This document shows positions 1-17,936 of a stretch of DNA of 64,000 bases, one piece after another (position 1 is the stretch's first letter; the number at the start of each line of letters is the position of its first letter). The notes below the pieces were generated by a model. That model had not been told where the DNA came from. It made no database searches and worked only from the letters and a program-made list of their open reading frames with translations. Source of the DNA: the human T2T-CHM13v2.0 reference genome, Homo sapiens; assembly GCF_009914755.1 (NCBI RefSeq), contig NC_060944.1. The stretch is one strand, 5' to 3'. The translations under genes and the position numbers were made by a program.

Positions 1-280
1 CAAGACCTCCCCGACACTGCTGGTGGAGTGCAAATTGATGCAACCACATTGGAAAACAATTTGGCAGTATCTCATGGAGGTGAATATTCAGCAATTCCAC
101 TCCCAGGTAAATACCCAAGAGAAACTCTTGCACACACACAGCAGCAGACATGACAAGAATGCTTATAACAGTTCTGTCCACAATAACAAAAACCTGGAAA
201 CAACCCAAATGCTCATCAACCCGAGAAGGAATAAATACGCTTGTTTGCTGACAAAATACATTTTAAAAAATAAATAAAAG
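1..280 (+). mobile_element. Old L1 (L1M) 3' fragment
   Basis: acactgctggtggagtgcaaattg...ggaaaacaatttggcagtatc...acccaaatgctcatcaa, typical L1M ORF2-end/3'UTR. Confidence 0.75.
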
Positions 281-1671
281 GTAAGAACTGAAGCAAGTCA
301 GGCATAATTCTAATATAAGTTAAAACTGGATCATGGGCACATTGGTCTTTATTAATTTATTCTTTGAATGTCTGAAGTAATTCATAACAAAAAGAAATCA
401 TGTTTTGAAAAATCTTGAATTGTAGCATCTTGGACTTAGAAGGCCTGTGATCTTTGGTGTCAGAAGGGGTTAGGGATTAGCTAGTCATGTCTGTGACATC
501 CGGGAGCTTACCCAGCGAGCTTCCAGCCTTTGCCTGTGTACTCTCTGCAGTGGAGTGACCCAGAGTGCATGATAAGATTAACTCCAGGGGTGGGGTAGGT
601 CAAGATACAAACATTACTCTCATCTGCAGATATTGTTCATAAGGAAGGGAAATGACCTAGAATGACACAGAAAGGGCTGATAACAAATCAGGGTGACCAA
701 GGATGACACCTCCCCCCCGCCAACTCCACGAGGGGCTGACAAAACTGTGCCCTATCCTAGAGATAGGCTTCCGGAATGACCAGGATGGGTCAGCATAGCT
801 AGAAAAGGGGGTCCCAGAGCAGAATGTGGTGCATGGGTCTGCCTGATAGAGGGAAGCTGGTGGGCCCAGGCCATCAGGCCAGAAAACTGCATCTTCCTCA
901 TCCCCTCCCCTCCAGAATCTTGTCCTATTCACCAAGTCCCCTTATGTTTTATAATTCAGTCCCCCAGCCCTTCTGGGACGTCTGTACTACATTTCTCTTT
1001 AACTTGAACAGCATGCTGCCGGATGCATGCATGCCCGAACACATGGACCCTGTATTTACATATGCACATGCCTAGACCGGTGTGCACATGGGGTCCTGAG
1101 GAGTTAGTAGCTGTGGACATGCGTGTAGCTCCCCCTGGACCAAGTCCATGCCACACCATCACTGCTGCCAGATGACTCCCCAGCCTCTTCTTGGCTTCTC
1201 TGCCTTCCATCTCATCCCCTCCAAGCTCCCCATTGCAACCAGGGGTTGGGGAGACTCCTGAAATCCAGAGCTGACCCTGCCACTCCACAGCATGGATGAA
1301 TGAATGTGTGTTACAGGCACATTTCTATGCTTATGCATGTGGGCTCCTGGATCCTGTGTGTGCACATGGAGATGTGTATGTACCCTATTTCATTTTTAGA
1401 TTTATTTTATTTTTTGATTTGGTAATACCTGGACATGATAAAAGCTTCACACAATTAAAAAAGATACATAAGAAAAATCCATGTCCCAGTGGCTTTTTGA
1501 ATGGTGGAGGAAGGACTTCCAAAAATCTGCTCCTTCATAAAAGCAATGAAAATACTGGAGAAACTCTCCAATATAGTTTTTTGAAACACTGGAAATTAAA
1601 AGCTTACATTAATCTGAGGAGTGTTGATTTTAAAATAGCTGAATCTTGGTAAGACCATGAGCTTTATGATG

Positions 1672-1826
1672 TTTTGTTTTCATTTTTCTAAGACAGGGTG
1701 TTGCTCTGTCACCCAGGCTAGAGTGCAGTGGCATGATCATGGCACGGCAGCCATAACCTCTTGGGCTCAAGCAATCCTCCCACCTCCCAGTCTCCTGAGT
1801 AGCTGGCACCACAGGCATCCACCTCC
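1672..1826 (-). mobile_element. Alu monomer (FRAM/AluJ right arm)
   Basis: Single antisense Alu arm flanked by atgatgtttt direct repeats. Confidence 0.8.
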
Positions 1827-1889
1827 ATGATGTTTTAACCTGCCTTAATCCCATTTCTCTCTCCCTATCTCTGTGATATTTTTGAAAAC

Positions 1890-2046
1890 AGTGGTATTTA
1901 GTTTTCTACCTGTTTCTTGGGATATAGCTCCTAAAACTTTTGGAATCTCCAGAGTAATTAGTGTCTTTTGTATGCTAATGACATGACTGATGAGGTAGGT
2001 GGGGGGCCCTAGACAGCTTCAGGATGGGATCTGGTCACTGGACCAG
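1890..2046. mobile_element. MER21-like LTR fragment
   Basis: ctcctaaaac...ggaatctcc...gtcttttgtatgctaatga...ctagacagcttcaggatggg resembles recalled MER21 consensus. Confidence 0.55.
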
Positions 2047-5469
<3,423 letters not shown>

Positions 5470-5781
5470 TAATGAAAACAGTATTTTATGTACTAAAAAG
5501 GAAGAAAAAATTAATTTTAATTGTAAGGCATATCTCAATTTCAGGGATGTTAACATGTTTAACATGTGGCTCTTGGAATCAGTGCAAATATTGATCACGT
5601 GTTTTGGAGAGCTCATGAATCAGGATATATCCTGGATGTGGTGGATACTTTCAGTGAACCTCATAGGTCCCTTTCAGACAGCTCCTGCACACAGTAATGG
5701 TTTTCTGCGTCTTTATCTAAGGGTGCTTCCTGGGTGCGCTTAGCCCAGAAATGCAGAATTAGTGCCCAGGAGCAACCTTCA

Positions 5782-6235
<454 letters not shown>

Positions 6236-6559
6236 CTAGCAGGACGGAGCCCCAGAGACCCCAGGTGTTAACTCACTCAGAATACACATTTGTCTCCTGT
6301 CATCCTTGCTGAGATTCCTAGGATCCCACATAAACTATTTGCACCCAAATCCCAGTCTTAGACTTTTCCTTTGAGAGAACCCACATTTAAATACTGTGTG
6401 TATGGCTGTGAATGGGGTGTGCACATCTGTGTTCATGAATATATGGGAATCAAAGTATGAATACATGTGTATACCCATGTTTATGTGTGTCTATGGAAGC
6501 ATTTCTGTTTGGAAATTGGCATGAATGTGTATGTACACATGTGCATGTTTGTGCATGAA

Positions 6560-7055
<496 letters not shown>

Positions 7056-10000
7056 TAGGAGCCTCTTGTTGGGTGGTGCCACTGGGGAGATGGGTGGGGA
7101 ATGCATTATAATAGTGGCCTGTTGCATGCCCTCTCTTTCTCTGCAGATGCCTGTCTGGAGACAACCTCATCAAGTCTGGTCTCAGATGTGTGTTCTCTCT
7201 GATGGGAGACAGCTGGAGCGGCTGTCAGGCCTCCCTGGCAATAGCGGTGCCTGCGGCAGCACCTGTCAGCAGCACCTTAACGCTGTCCCAGTGATGGCTG
7301 CTGCGAGTGGGAAGGTGACAGGAGGCAGTTGTTCTTGGGGTCTGGGAGGCTCTTTGCTGCACTGCTCCTTGACCCCTCTACATGGAAGGGTGAGCCCCAG
7401 TTCCTGTACATCTTCTGGAATTGCAGACCTCCTCCCCACGTCACCTCCAGTGGATTTCCTCGCTGGTCTTGACTCTGGCTGATGCCACCCACACGCCTCC
7501 ACTCCAGCTGTTTTCCTAAGACAGCGTGTGATGCCATGCCGCCCTGTGTTTCCTGGTCCCTCTGCCTCAAAGACTTTGGTTTCCCACCTCTGTCTGGTGA
7601 ATTTCCCTTTTCCAAGGCCAGCTTCCAATTCCCTTTTTCAGACATCCTGTCATGCTGTGCCCAGGCAGAGCCTTCCTCCCCAAACCCACACAGCCCTTTG
7701 CACGTTTCTCTTCCATTACACATATTGGTTGCCAGGAAGGAGAATTCAGGTGAATGCCTGCCTCTGGCTCCCTATCACAATGTTTGAGTCTCAAGGAGGG
7801 CGACCAGGTGGAGTTAGGTGACCTCAACCCAAGGGGACAAGTGTCAGAGTTGGGCAGGGTAAGGTCTGGATCCCAGGAAGATAATTCTGTTGTTCTTAAA
7901 ATAAGACCCCAGCTGGTGATGAGGAGAGAGACCTGGAGGACATAGAGAAGCGCCCAGAACCCTCCTTCATTCCAAGAGGAGCGGCTGCTGACCACAGGGC
8001 AGAGGGCCAAGGTTCTAGGAAAGGGGCACAGAGGTCAGGACCGGACTGCAGTCCAGCAAGAACTGGAGCTCATGCTTCAGCCTTCTGATTGAGCTCACCA
8101 GTCTTAAAGGAGACTGGAGCTCCCTGGACCTAGGTTCAAATACCCACTCCTCCGCTTATTTGCTGTGTGACTGTGGGCAAGTCACTTCACCTATCTGAGC
8201 CTTGGTTGCCATCAGTGCAACATGAGGTAAAACTGCTCAATTTAAGGAGATAATGTTGGGGAGGGCCTAACCCAGATATGGGCACACAGCAGGCACTGGT
8301 CTCCACCTTGGGGAAAAAAAGTCACAGCTGCAGCCACTGGGGCTGCCCGAGACAAGCTTAGGGAAACATTGCCAACTCCAGTTCCTTATTGCTGGGGGTG
8401 AAGGCTCTTGGCAGCCCCAGGCTGCACGTGACCCTTGAATCCTTTATGTTCGGTGTGACTTTTATCAAGTCATTTCACCTCTCCACACCTCAGTTTCCTG
8501 CCCCATAAACTGGAGACACTAATAAAACCCACCTTATGGGGTTGTTTGTAAGAAAGGATTGCTATTAATTGCCATAGGGAATGAATTAATTGCTTGTTAA
8601 TTGCTATGAATGTTAAAAATCCATTGTTATACGAGTTAATTGCTTGAAAGTGCCCACCACAGTGCCTGGCACATAGTGAGCATTCAGCGCTCAGCAGCAG
8701 CTACTGTCATTGAGACAACGTTTGAACACCTGCTCTGTGCCGAACTTCATGCCAGGCACCCAAAACATCGAGACAGAGGCACAACTTGATCCATGGATAC
8801 TCTAAGCCCAGTTGTGGGTGGCCGAGGGGAAGGATGGAAGCACCCAAATGCCTCATGGAGAGTACAAAACATCACAAGACAGAGTCAGAAAAGGAGGTGC
8901 AGGAGGGCTTCCTGGAAGAGAAGACTTTTGAATGCTGCTTTAATAGCTGGGAATGTAACAACAATGTAACTAATATTTACTGAGAATTTACTCTGTGCCA
9001 GGTACTATAGGTGTTTCACCTATATGGTCTTATTTAAAGATTCTAACAGCAATAGGTAATAGGGACTATTGCACCCATTTCATGGAAGAAGAAAGTGAGA
9101 CTTAAAGAGATTAAGACACCTGCCCAAGATCACCCAAGCCTGAGTTTGAATTTTCAGATACCTGAGCTCTGAAGCTCCGCATTCTTCGGCACTCCAGGAA
9201 GAGGGATGTAAAATTGCAGAATTAGGGGAGGGTGGGTACAAGTGTTAACTGTGCACCAGGGTATACCAGATCCTGGCTGGGACATTTTGCTTGCTTGATC
9301 ACATACAATCCTTACTACAAGCCATATGAGGTAGACAATATTATCACCTCCATCTTGCAGATGAGGAAACAGGCTCAAAGCAGTTGAGCATTTTGTACAA
9401 GGTTAAACAATTGGCAGTGGGATCTGACTCTAGGCGCTCCAATTCCCAAGCCCATGTTATTTCTGATACTGTAGGTGTGTTCTGGAAACAGAAAGGAACT
9501 GTCCAGTGTGGCTAAAGGTTAGGGTCCTTGCAGAGAACAAAGTATGGAGCAGTTGGGACTGAATTTCAAAGGGCTAGATGTCCATTCATACAGTAGACAA
9601 TGGGGAGCCACTGAAGATTGTGGAGTAGGGGCATGGTGGGGCCAGAGCTGCAACTTCCAAAGATGAATCATGTCACAGCACCTAAGATGGATGGGATGGG
9701 GATGAGAGAGGCAGCAGGAGCCCCATCAGGAGACAGCACCAGGTGATGGTGACTTTAGATGACAAGGGATATGGACAAACTGGCATTTTGCTGGGGAAGG
9801 AAAACCAAGAGCTCAGGGATGAGAAACAGCCAGGGGCAGGGCCATTAGCCTTATCAAAAACCTGATTGCTCTTAACAAAGTATTTAATACAATTTCCTGC
9901 TATTAGGGCCAAACCTGGACTAGCAAGATTATTAATTCTAAAGATAATCATTAAGCTGGGCGGACCGTATTTTAATATATGGCAACAGGCGAGCTATTGT

Positions 10001-10446
10001 CATTTTTTCCCTTCTATCTTGATTGCAGGTCACCCAATTAGAGCTGGCTTCAAGTGCCCCTTCCTGGAGGTAGTGAGATAAGGCTTAATGTCCTCAAACA
10101 AGAACTATCGGCTGTGACTAGAGGCCTATAAATATTAATAAATCTATAATTAGTCCTGTGAAAAGGGGGATCAATCCAGGAGAAGTTTCCACCCATTAAT
10201 ACTGGAAATCACTTTTGCTGGGAAAGCGGGCTTTTCTGTTCCAAATGCCAGGCTGTTTGAGGAGGATGCAGCTCTGTCAGGTTTGCCAGACTGATTCACT
10301 TCTACTCGGCCATAGTCGTAGTATCGTGGGGGCAGTGAGAATCCCTGCAGGGTCTCACAGGGAGAAAGGCTTCCCAGAGGTGGTGACGGGAGAAGGTTGT
10401 GGCCCCCATGATCTTGTCTACAATTATTTTAATTTTTTACTTAAGT

Positions 10447-10747
10447 TTTTTTTTCTTTTTTTTTGAGATGGAGTCTCGCTCTGTTGCCCAGGCTAGAGTG
10501 CAGTGGCGTGATCTCAGCTCACTGCAGCCCTCCACCTCCCGGGTTCAAGTGATTCTCCTGCCTCAGCCTCCCTAGTAGCTGGGATTATAGGTGCTCACCA
10601 TCCCACCCAGCTAACTTTTGTATTTTTAGTAGAGATGGGGTTTCACCAGGTTGGCCAGGCTGGTCTTGAACTCCTGACCTCAGGTGATCCACCTGCCTCG
10701 GCCTCCCAAAGTGCTGGGATTACAGGTGTCAGCCACTGCACCTGGTC
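10447..10747 (-). mobile_element. AluS
   Basis: Antisense dimer. Confidence 0.95.
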
Positions 10748-10784
10748 GTAAGTTGCTTTATTTACTTATTTAAAAAAATTTATG

Positions 10785-10915
10785 TATTCATTTATTTTCA
10801 GACAGGTGTCTTGCTGTATTGCTTAGGCTGGTTTTGAACTCCCGGGCGAAGACAGTCTTCCTGCCTCAGCCTCTGTAGTAGCTGGAATTACAGGCATATA
10901 CCATCAGGCTTGGCA
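10785..10915 (-). mobile_element. FLAM/Alu monomer
   Basis: Single antisense arm. Confidence 0.75.
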
Positions 10916-11136
10916 ACATAAGTTGTTTTATTGTTATTGTATACCAGAATCCTAATAAAGAAAAAATTTCTTATTCTTCATGTGAAATTTGAGTGGGATA
11001 GTGGGCTAAGTGAGGGAGCTTTGTAGAGCTATAAGGTATCCAGAGATATGAATACATGTTATTCTATTCCAAAATTTTTATTGAGGTATAGTACATACTC
11101 AGTAAAATATACACTTCTTTAAATACAACCTAATGA

Positions 11137-11447
<311 letters not shown>

Positions 11448-11880
11448 AATGACTCTTTATATTTGCATATACCTGTGTAACTTTTACCCAGGTAAAGATA
11501 ATGATTCCATCAACCCTGAGGGCTCCCTTGCACCCTTCCCATTCCACATCCCCCCAGAGGTAACCACCCTTCTGACCTCTGGTACTAATAGACCCAGTTT
11601 GCCTGGTCGTGAACCTTGCATGAACAGAAACATACAGCACCTACTTCTGGGACTCATCATTATGTCCCCAAATCATAGGTAAAGTATGTTTTAAAACAAT
11701 TGCTATTTGGTATCACAAAAGTAATACTTACTGTAGAAATGATATAAAAGCACAAATGAACAGAAAATGGTGGACATCACCTTTGTACCTGAGAGCTTCT
11801 AAGAGCATCTCTGTCTATGTGTTTGATAATAATAATTTGATGTGCCCAATGAAGAAATTCTGGAAAGTAAAAGACTCTTG

Positions 11881-12227
<347 letters not shown>

Positions 12228-12676
12228 TCAATTGGTTGTGTCAAGTAACTGAGAGAACCAGGGGCTCAAACAATGTCTCTGTCTCTCTCCCCATCTTTCC
12301 CAGGCTTGGCTTCATTTATGCAAACGGGCTCTGTCTATGGCCAATAAAGCGGCCACCAGCAACCCCTGACTCAACCTCCCGCTTCAGCAACCCTAAGAGC
12401 GTCTTTCTCTATAGCAATCCCAGGGCAAACTCTGATTGGCTTTGCTGGGGTCACATGTCCATCCTTGGGCCAATCACTTGGCTAGGCTGATGGGGGACTC
12501 TAAATGGTCAGCTGGAGTCATGGTGGGGCAGCCTCATGGTTACAGCTGCACCAGAGGCAGGGAGTTGGCGAGGGGAAGTGTTCCAAAGGCACCAGAGAAG
12601 GAACACAGAAAGAGTGTTGGGGAGACCTAACTAGGGCAGCTTTGTCCTGCACAGTCAGCAGGATGTTGTCCGGCTA

Positions 12677-13095
<419 letters not shown>

Positions 13096-13268
13096 TCATA
13101 TTTTACAAGTTCAAAAAAGCATCAGGGCTTGAAAAATGAGGATGTGGAGAAGACAAACCTCAACAATCGATTCAAAACCAGCTGACCATGACCTCCTGTG
13201 TGCACCAGGCCAGCCTCCTGGTTGGGTCCCTGGCACGGCATCCAGCCCAGAGCCTGGCACAGAGGTAG

Positions 13269-13771
13269 TGTTGTAGTAGAAGGCGGCACTAGACTCCAGA
13301 GGCCAGGCTTGGACACTGGGCCAAATTGAGGACTAGCTAAAACAGATCTGGGATGGAAGCTCTTCCCCAAACAAAGCATCACCCTGTAGCATATGCTCAC
13401 CAGTGCGCCAGGTCAGTTTACCATTGCCATGGCAACAGCTGGAAGTTACTGACCCTTTTTATGGCAACCACTGGACAAACCGGAAGTTATCCTCATCCTA
13501 GACATTTTTGCATCAACTGCTCCTTAATTTGCATATAATTAAAAATGGGTATAAATACGAGTGTAGAACTGGCTCTAAGCTGCTACTCTGGGCACGCTGC
13601 CTATGGGGTAGCCCTGCTCTGCAAGGATCAGTACTGCCTCTGTGGCTGCCTACACTGCGGCTTCAATAAAAGTTACTAACACAACCAGCTCGCCCTTGAA
13701 TTCTTTCCTGGGTGAAGCCAAGAATCCTTCTAGGCTAAGCCCCAATTTTGGGGCTTGCCTGTCCTGCATCA
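13269..13771 (+). mobile_element. ERV1-class solo LTR (LTR9/MER41-related, subfamily uncertain)
   Basis: TG...CA termini (tgttgtag...ctgcatca), TATA-like ggtataaata ~13548, AATAAA ~13665, typical end gccccaattttggggcttgcctgtcctgcatca. Confidence 0.8.
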
Positions 13772-14299
13772 GTGTCATCAGATGTTTGAATAAATGGAGG
13801 GAGGTGATAACAGCATTTACGGTGCACTTACTGTTTGCCAATCCTCCGTAATTCCCTGGACATCTTACTTTAGCCTCATGTGTTTCAGGCACTGGAGAGT
13901 CCTCTCTTCCGGGGTATTACTTTGATTCCCATATAATAGGTTTGCTATTGTATTTATCTTACTTTTACTATTAAGTGTTTAGGGTGTACAAGAGAAAAGA
14001 TACCAATTCTTTCTCCCGGAGTTTACAATCTAGTGGGTGGGGAAACTGAGGCACGCACAGTTGCGCAGAGCAGTGTGGAGCATGGGGAGGTGGGTGGGTG
14101 TTTGGTGGGGGAGTCCATCTGGAATGAGTCCGGAGTATTGATGAGAGGGATGAGAGGGATCCCTTGAGCTCTGAGGTGGGCTAGAGGAGAGAAAGGGGTC
14201 TCAGCAGTGGCGTCCCCAGGTCTAGACCGGTTTCAGCCAGTCCAGGGCGGCCAGGGCTGCTCTTATCCAGGCCCTCTCCCCTCCTCCTTCCCCCACCTC

Positions 14300-14720
14300 C
14301 CCTCTGCAGCAGCCGGCGCGGTGATTGACGCGGTAATTGGCGCGCGTAGGCACCGGGCTAATTGAGGTCAGGCTGCAGATTGCAGTGGCTGCTTCGCAGA
14401 GGCGGTGGGCGTGGGGGCTGCGCGCGCTCCCTCCCCCTGCAGGGCCTGGTGTGAGGACGTCGTGGAGCGGGGAGGTCCCCCCACCCCGCCCCCCCGTCCT
14501 TTTTCCCTTGGGAGAACGCTCTCCAGCGGCAGGTGTCGTGGGGAGGTCTCCTGGGCCCTCCCATTTCAGGGGGATGGGAAACTTCAGACAGAGGGAAAGA
14601 GAGGGCCAGGGAGCTCTCCAAGGCAGGTTGAACCCATCTTGGAGCCTGAACTCCTGGGGAGGGAGGGGCTCGGGAAAGAGCCCACGGGTGGGGGCGGGGG
14701 AGCCTTGGCTTGAGTAATTC
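14300..14720. promoter_or_regulatory. Small CpG/GC-rich promoter- or enhancer-like element
   Basis: Dense CpG (ccggcgcggtgattgacgcggtaattggcgcgcg), TGATTGAC, 2x TAATTG, GC boxes, not repeat-derived. Confidence 0.6.
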
Positions 14721-15710
14721 CCCCTCTTTGAGCTTACTCTTATTCATTCACACATTCATTCATTCAACACTCACTTATTGAGTGCCCTATGTGTTTGAAG
14801 CACTGGAAATAAAGTTGAAATAAAGACAGACATGGTTCCGCCCTCAGGAAGCTAACAGACACTGGGGAGATAAACGAGCTAATAGTTGCTATTGCAAACA
14901 TATGCTGTAGAGAGACATTATCTGCAGGGAGGCAACTGAAATGGGGTGGTCAGGGAAGGCCTCTCTAGGGAAGGGACATTACGGCTGAGACTTGAGGGAC
15001 AGAACACTGGGAATGGGCAGAGTGTGAGTGATGGGGGCAGGGGGAACCTCTTCTCTAAGACGGGGGACAGAAAGATCCTGATGAGCAAGGGTCTCGGATG
15101 GACCTGTCATTCTGCAACTTGCTTGTTTGGACTTACATAATCCTGAGATGAAGACACGTTGGTACATGTAGTTCTAGTACATTCATTTTGCCTGTGCTTT
15201 TTCTACCATGCACAGCTGGTTCTTAGACAAACAGCAGTTCCAGAATGGTTTCTGAAACCCCTACTGCAGAGGTGGTGTTTAGAGGATTTGGCTCATGTGG
15301 TGCGTGGGGGCAAGAAAGCTGACAGGGACTAGAGATTCATTGCAGACAGCTAACATGGGGAGCATAGAGCAAAAAGGGAAATATTTATTTAGCTTTGCAA
15401 ATACTCCCCAACACTTACCAGCCTAAAGGAGCCAGGGAAAGGGGCTTGGGCTGGAAGACAAGAGGTGGCCTGAGTCCTCATCTCAACTCAAACTCAGTGT
15501 AAAACTCTGGGGAGGTCCTTTTCCCTTTTCCATTTGTAAAATGGGTGTATGCGTGAGAATAAGACAAGGTTAGTCATTTCAAAGTGGTTTCCTGTCTGTG
15601 TTTTCTTAGATTCTGTTCTTGTCTCTTTGGCATCCATTAATCACAAGGCCAACATTTCCCCTGTGATCCAGAGTCCGTGCTCTGAACCACTTTAAAAAAT
15701 TTAACTCTCA

Positions 15711-16025
15711 GGACAGGTGCAGTGGCTCATGCCTGTAATTCCAGCACTTTGGGAGGCTGAGGCGGGAGGATTGCTTGGGCCCAGGAATTTCAGACCAGCT
15801 TAGGCAATATGGGAAGACCCAGTCACTATAAATAATTTAAAAATGAGCTAGGTGTGGTGGTACGTACCTGTGGTCCCAGCTACTGAGGAAGCTGAGGCAA
15901 GAGGATTGCTTGAGTCTGAGAGGTCGAGGCCGCAGTGAGCTGTGATTGTGTCACTGCATTCTAGCCTGGGCAACAAATCGAGACCGTGTCTCAAAAAAAT
16001 CAAATCAAATCAAATCAAATCAAAT
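15711..16025 (+). mobile_element. AluJ with (AAATC)n tail
   Basis: Dimer; pentamer tail ~15997-16025. Confidence 0.92.
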
Positions 16026-16029
16026 TCAA

Positions 16030-16360
16030 CTCTTTTGCACCAAGGCATCATTTTCACTGTCCTAAATAAACCCAGGGCCAGGCACCAGACAACTACGGAA
16101 ATCCCTTATGCTTCCCACCTACCAGAATTATTCAAACTATCCTCAAGCCATTTACCCTGCTTTGCCTTTCCCAAGCAAACCTGTAGGCTGTAGCTGCTCC
16201 TGCTCCTGCCTGCTGACCAATCCTGGTGATTCCCATGTGGCCCTGCATGGTGTGGCATGCCCCCTTGTCTTGGGAACTGTAAGGAATTAATTATTTCAAT
16301 GGTATTAGCCTGTTTGCGTCATTACTCAGTCAACTTCATAAATTTAGATCTGGGCAGACA
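16030..16360 (+). mobile_element. ERVL-type LTR fragment (MER73/MER74-like)
   Basis: ccccttgtcttgggaactgtaag...tttcaatgg resembles recalled MER74/73 3' part. Confidence 0.45.
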
Positions 16361-16744
16361 TCGGTTTCTCAGATGGTTTTGTGTATGCCTTTGGGGGCTG
16401 TCAAGAGGAATGTGGAGAGGAGGAGCAGGCTGCTCTGAAGGATTTGGATGTGCGTGCCACAGGTCCCCTCCCTGGCCTCACGAGAGCTGTTCTCTGGGAC
16501 ATATATAGCTGTCACTTCTGGGGAAAGAGTTTTGCTGCTCCTTAAACTTCAGAAAACCTTGGTCCTACAGGCTCATCCATCTCAAAGATTTGTTCTGGCG
16601 CCCATGTTGGTGCTACAGGGACAGAAATTCATCCACTTCTGTTTTATGGTTTCAAAGGGTTTCTTCAATTATTTGCTTTGTTGACTGAGGACACCTTGTG
16701 GACCAATTATTTGCTGATGGCTCTCATGGCTTCCATTCTCTGCA

Positions 16745-17170
16745 GTTATTGTGGGGGCTAGAAGTCTGCAAACTACATTTGTCAGATGATCTCATCAGCT
16801 GGGGCCAGTAGGTTCTGCTAATGGGAGGTTCTAGCAAGAGACGAAACATGGCAGCAGTAGCAGTAGACAATTTCAGTTGACCACAGACAAGTGTGGGTTC
16901 CAGCAGGGTCAGTGGTTCCAGTGGTGACCATGGGAGTGGCTCCTGCTCAATGGCAGTGGCAGCACCTGCAGCAGCTCAGTAGTGAGTGCTGGCCTGTGGG
17001 CCAAGCATGGAGTGTACCAGCTTCTTGATAATTGGGTGCCACCTTCTGTTCCTGTTTGCTCTTCTGCTTCTCCTAGCCAACAATTTTGTAATAAATTTTA
17101 TGCATTCAGTCCCTCTCTGCTTGAAATGTCTTAAGGGCCTTCTATTTCTCCAATGGGACAATGACCGATA
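16745..17170 (+). mobile_element. ERVL LTR (LTR33/LTR41-like)
   Basis: aaactacatttgtcaga...ggttctgctaatgggagg...aataaa...tccctctctgcttgaaat. Confidence 0.55.
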
Positions 17171-17406
17171 TACCTATATAACTTGGATAATTAGAAAGGT
17201 ACAAAAAAGACCGTATGCTCACCTGGACATAAGTGCCATCTTTGGCAGCATTACTAGGAGTATAGTTCCGGGAGACCTAGGTGATATCTGGATTTCCTCT
17301 TTGCTGATGAGAGTCAACATGGAGGACAGTACTGGGCTGGACAAGATTCTGGGGTTCTCAGTAATCCTGAGTGGGCAGCTGGGCAGTATTGTAGCTGGTT
17401 AGAAGG

Positions 17407-17837
17407 TGCTATGTTTTAAGTATTTGCCCCCTTAAAACTCATGTTGAAATTTAATTCCAAATGTGGCAGTATTGAGAGGTGGGGCCTTTAAGAGGTGATT
17501 GGGTCGTGAGTGCTCTGCCTTCATAAATGGATTAATCCATTTATGGATTAATGGATTGATGGGCTAATGGATTAATGGGTTATCATGGGAGAGGGACTGG
17601 TGGCTTTATAAGAAGAAGGAGATCTGAGCTAGCATGCTCAGCCCCTTCTCCCTGTGATGTTCTGTGTCACCTTGGGTCCTTGTGAAGTGTCCCTATCAGC
17701 AAGAAGGCCCTCACCAGATGTGGCCCCTCGACCTTGGACTTCTCAGCCTCCATAACTGTAAGAAATAAATTCCTTTTCTTGATAAATTACTCAGTTTCAG
17801 GTATTCCGTTATAAGCAAAAGAAAATGGACTAAGATA
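17407..17837 (+). mobile_element. MaLR solo LTR (MSTD-like)
   Basis: tgctatg...ggactaagata with perfect 5-bp TSD GAAGG (17402-17406, 17838-17842); internal atggattaatgg repeats. Confidence 0.88.
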
Positions 17838-17936
17838 GAAGGTGAGATTCTAAATCATCTTTTCTTATCTGAATTATGGAACCAGCCTCCTCACTGGTCA
17901 CCCTGCCTCCAGCCTTGTCCCTTCCAGGTCATTTTC

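Noticed and set aside
14337-14747. Overlapping 100-130 aa ORFs in the GC-rich element
   Set aside because: Expected from GC-rich, stop-poor sequence; non-ATG starts and no recognisable domain
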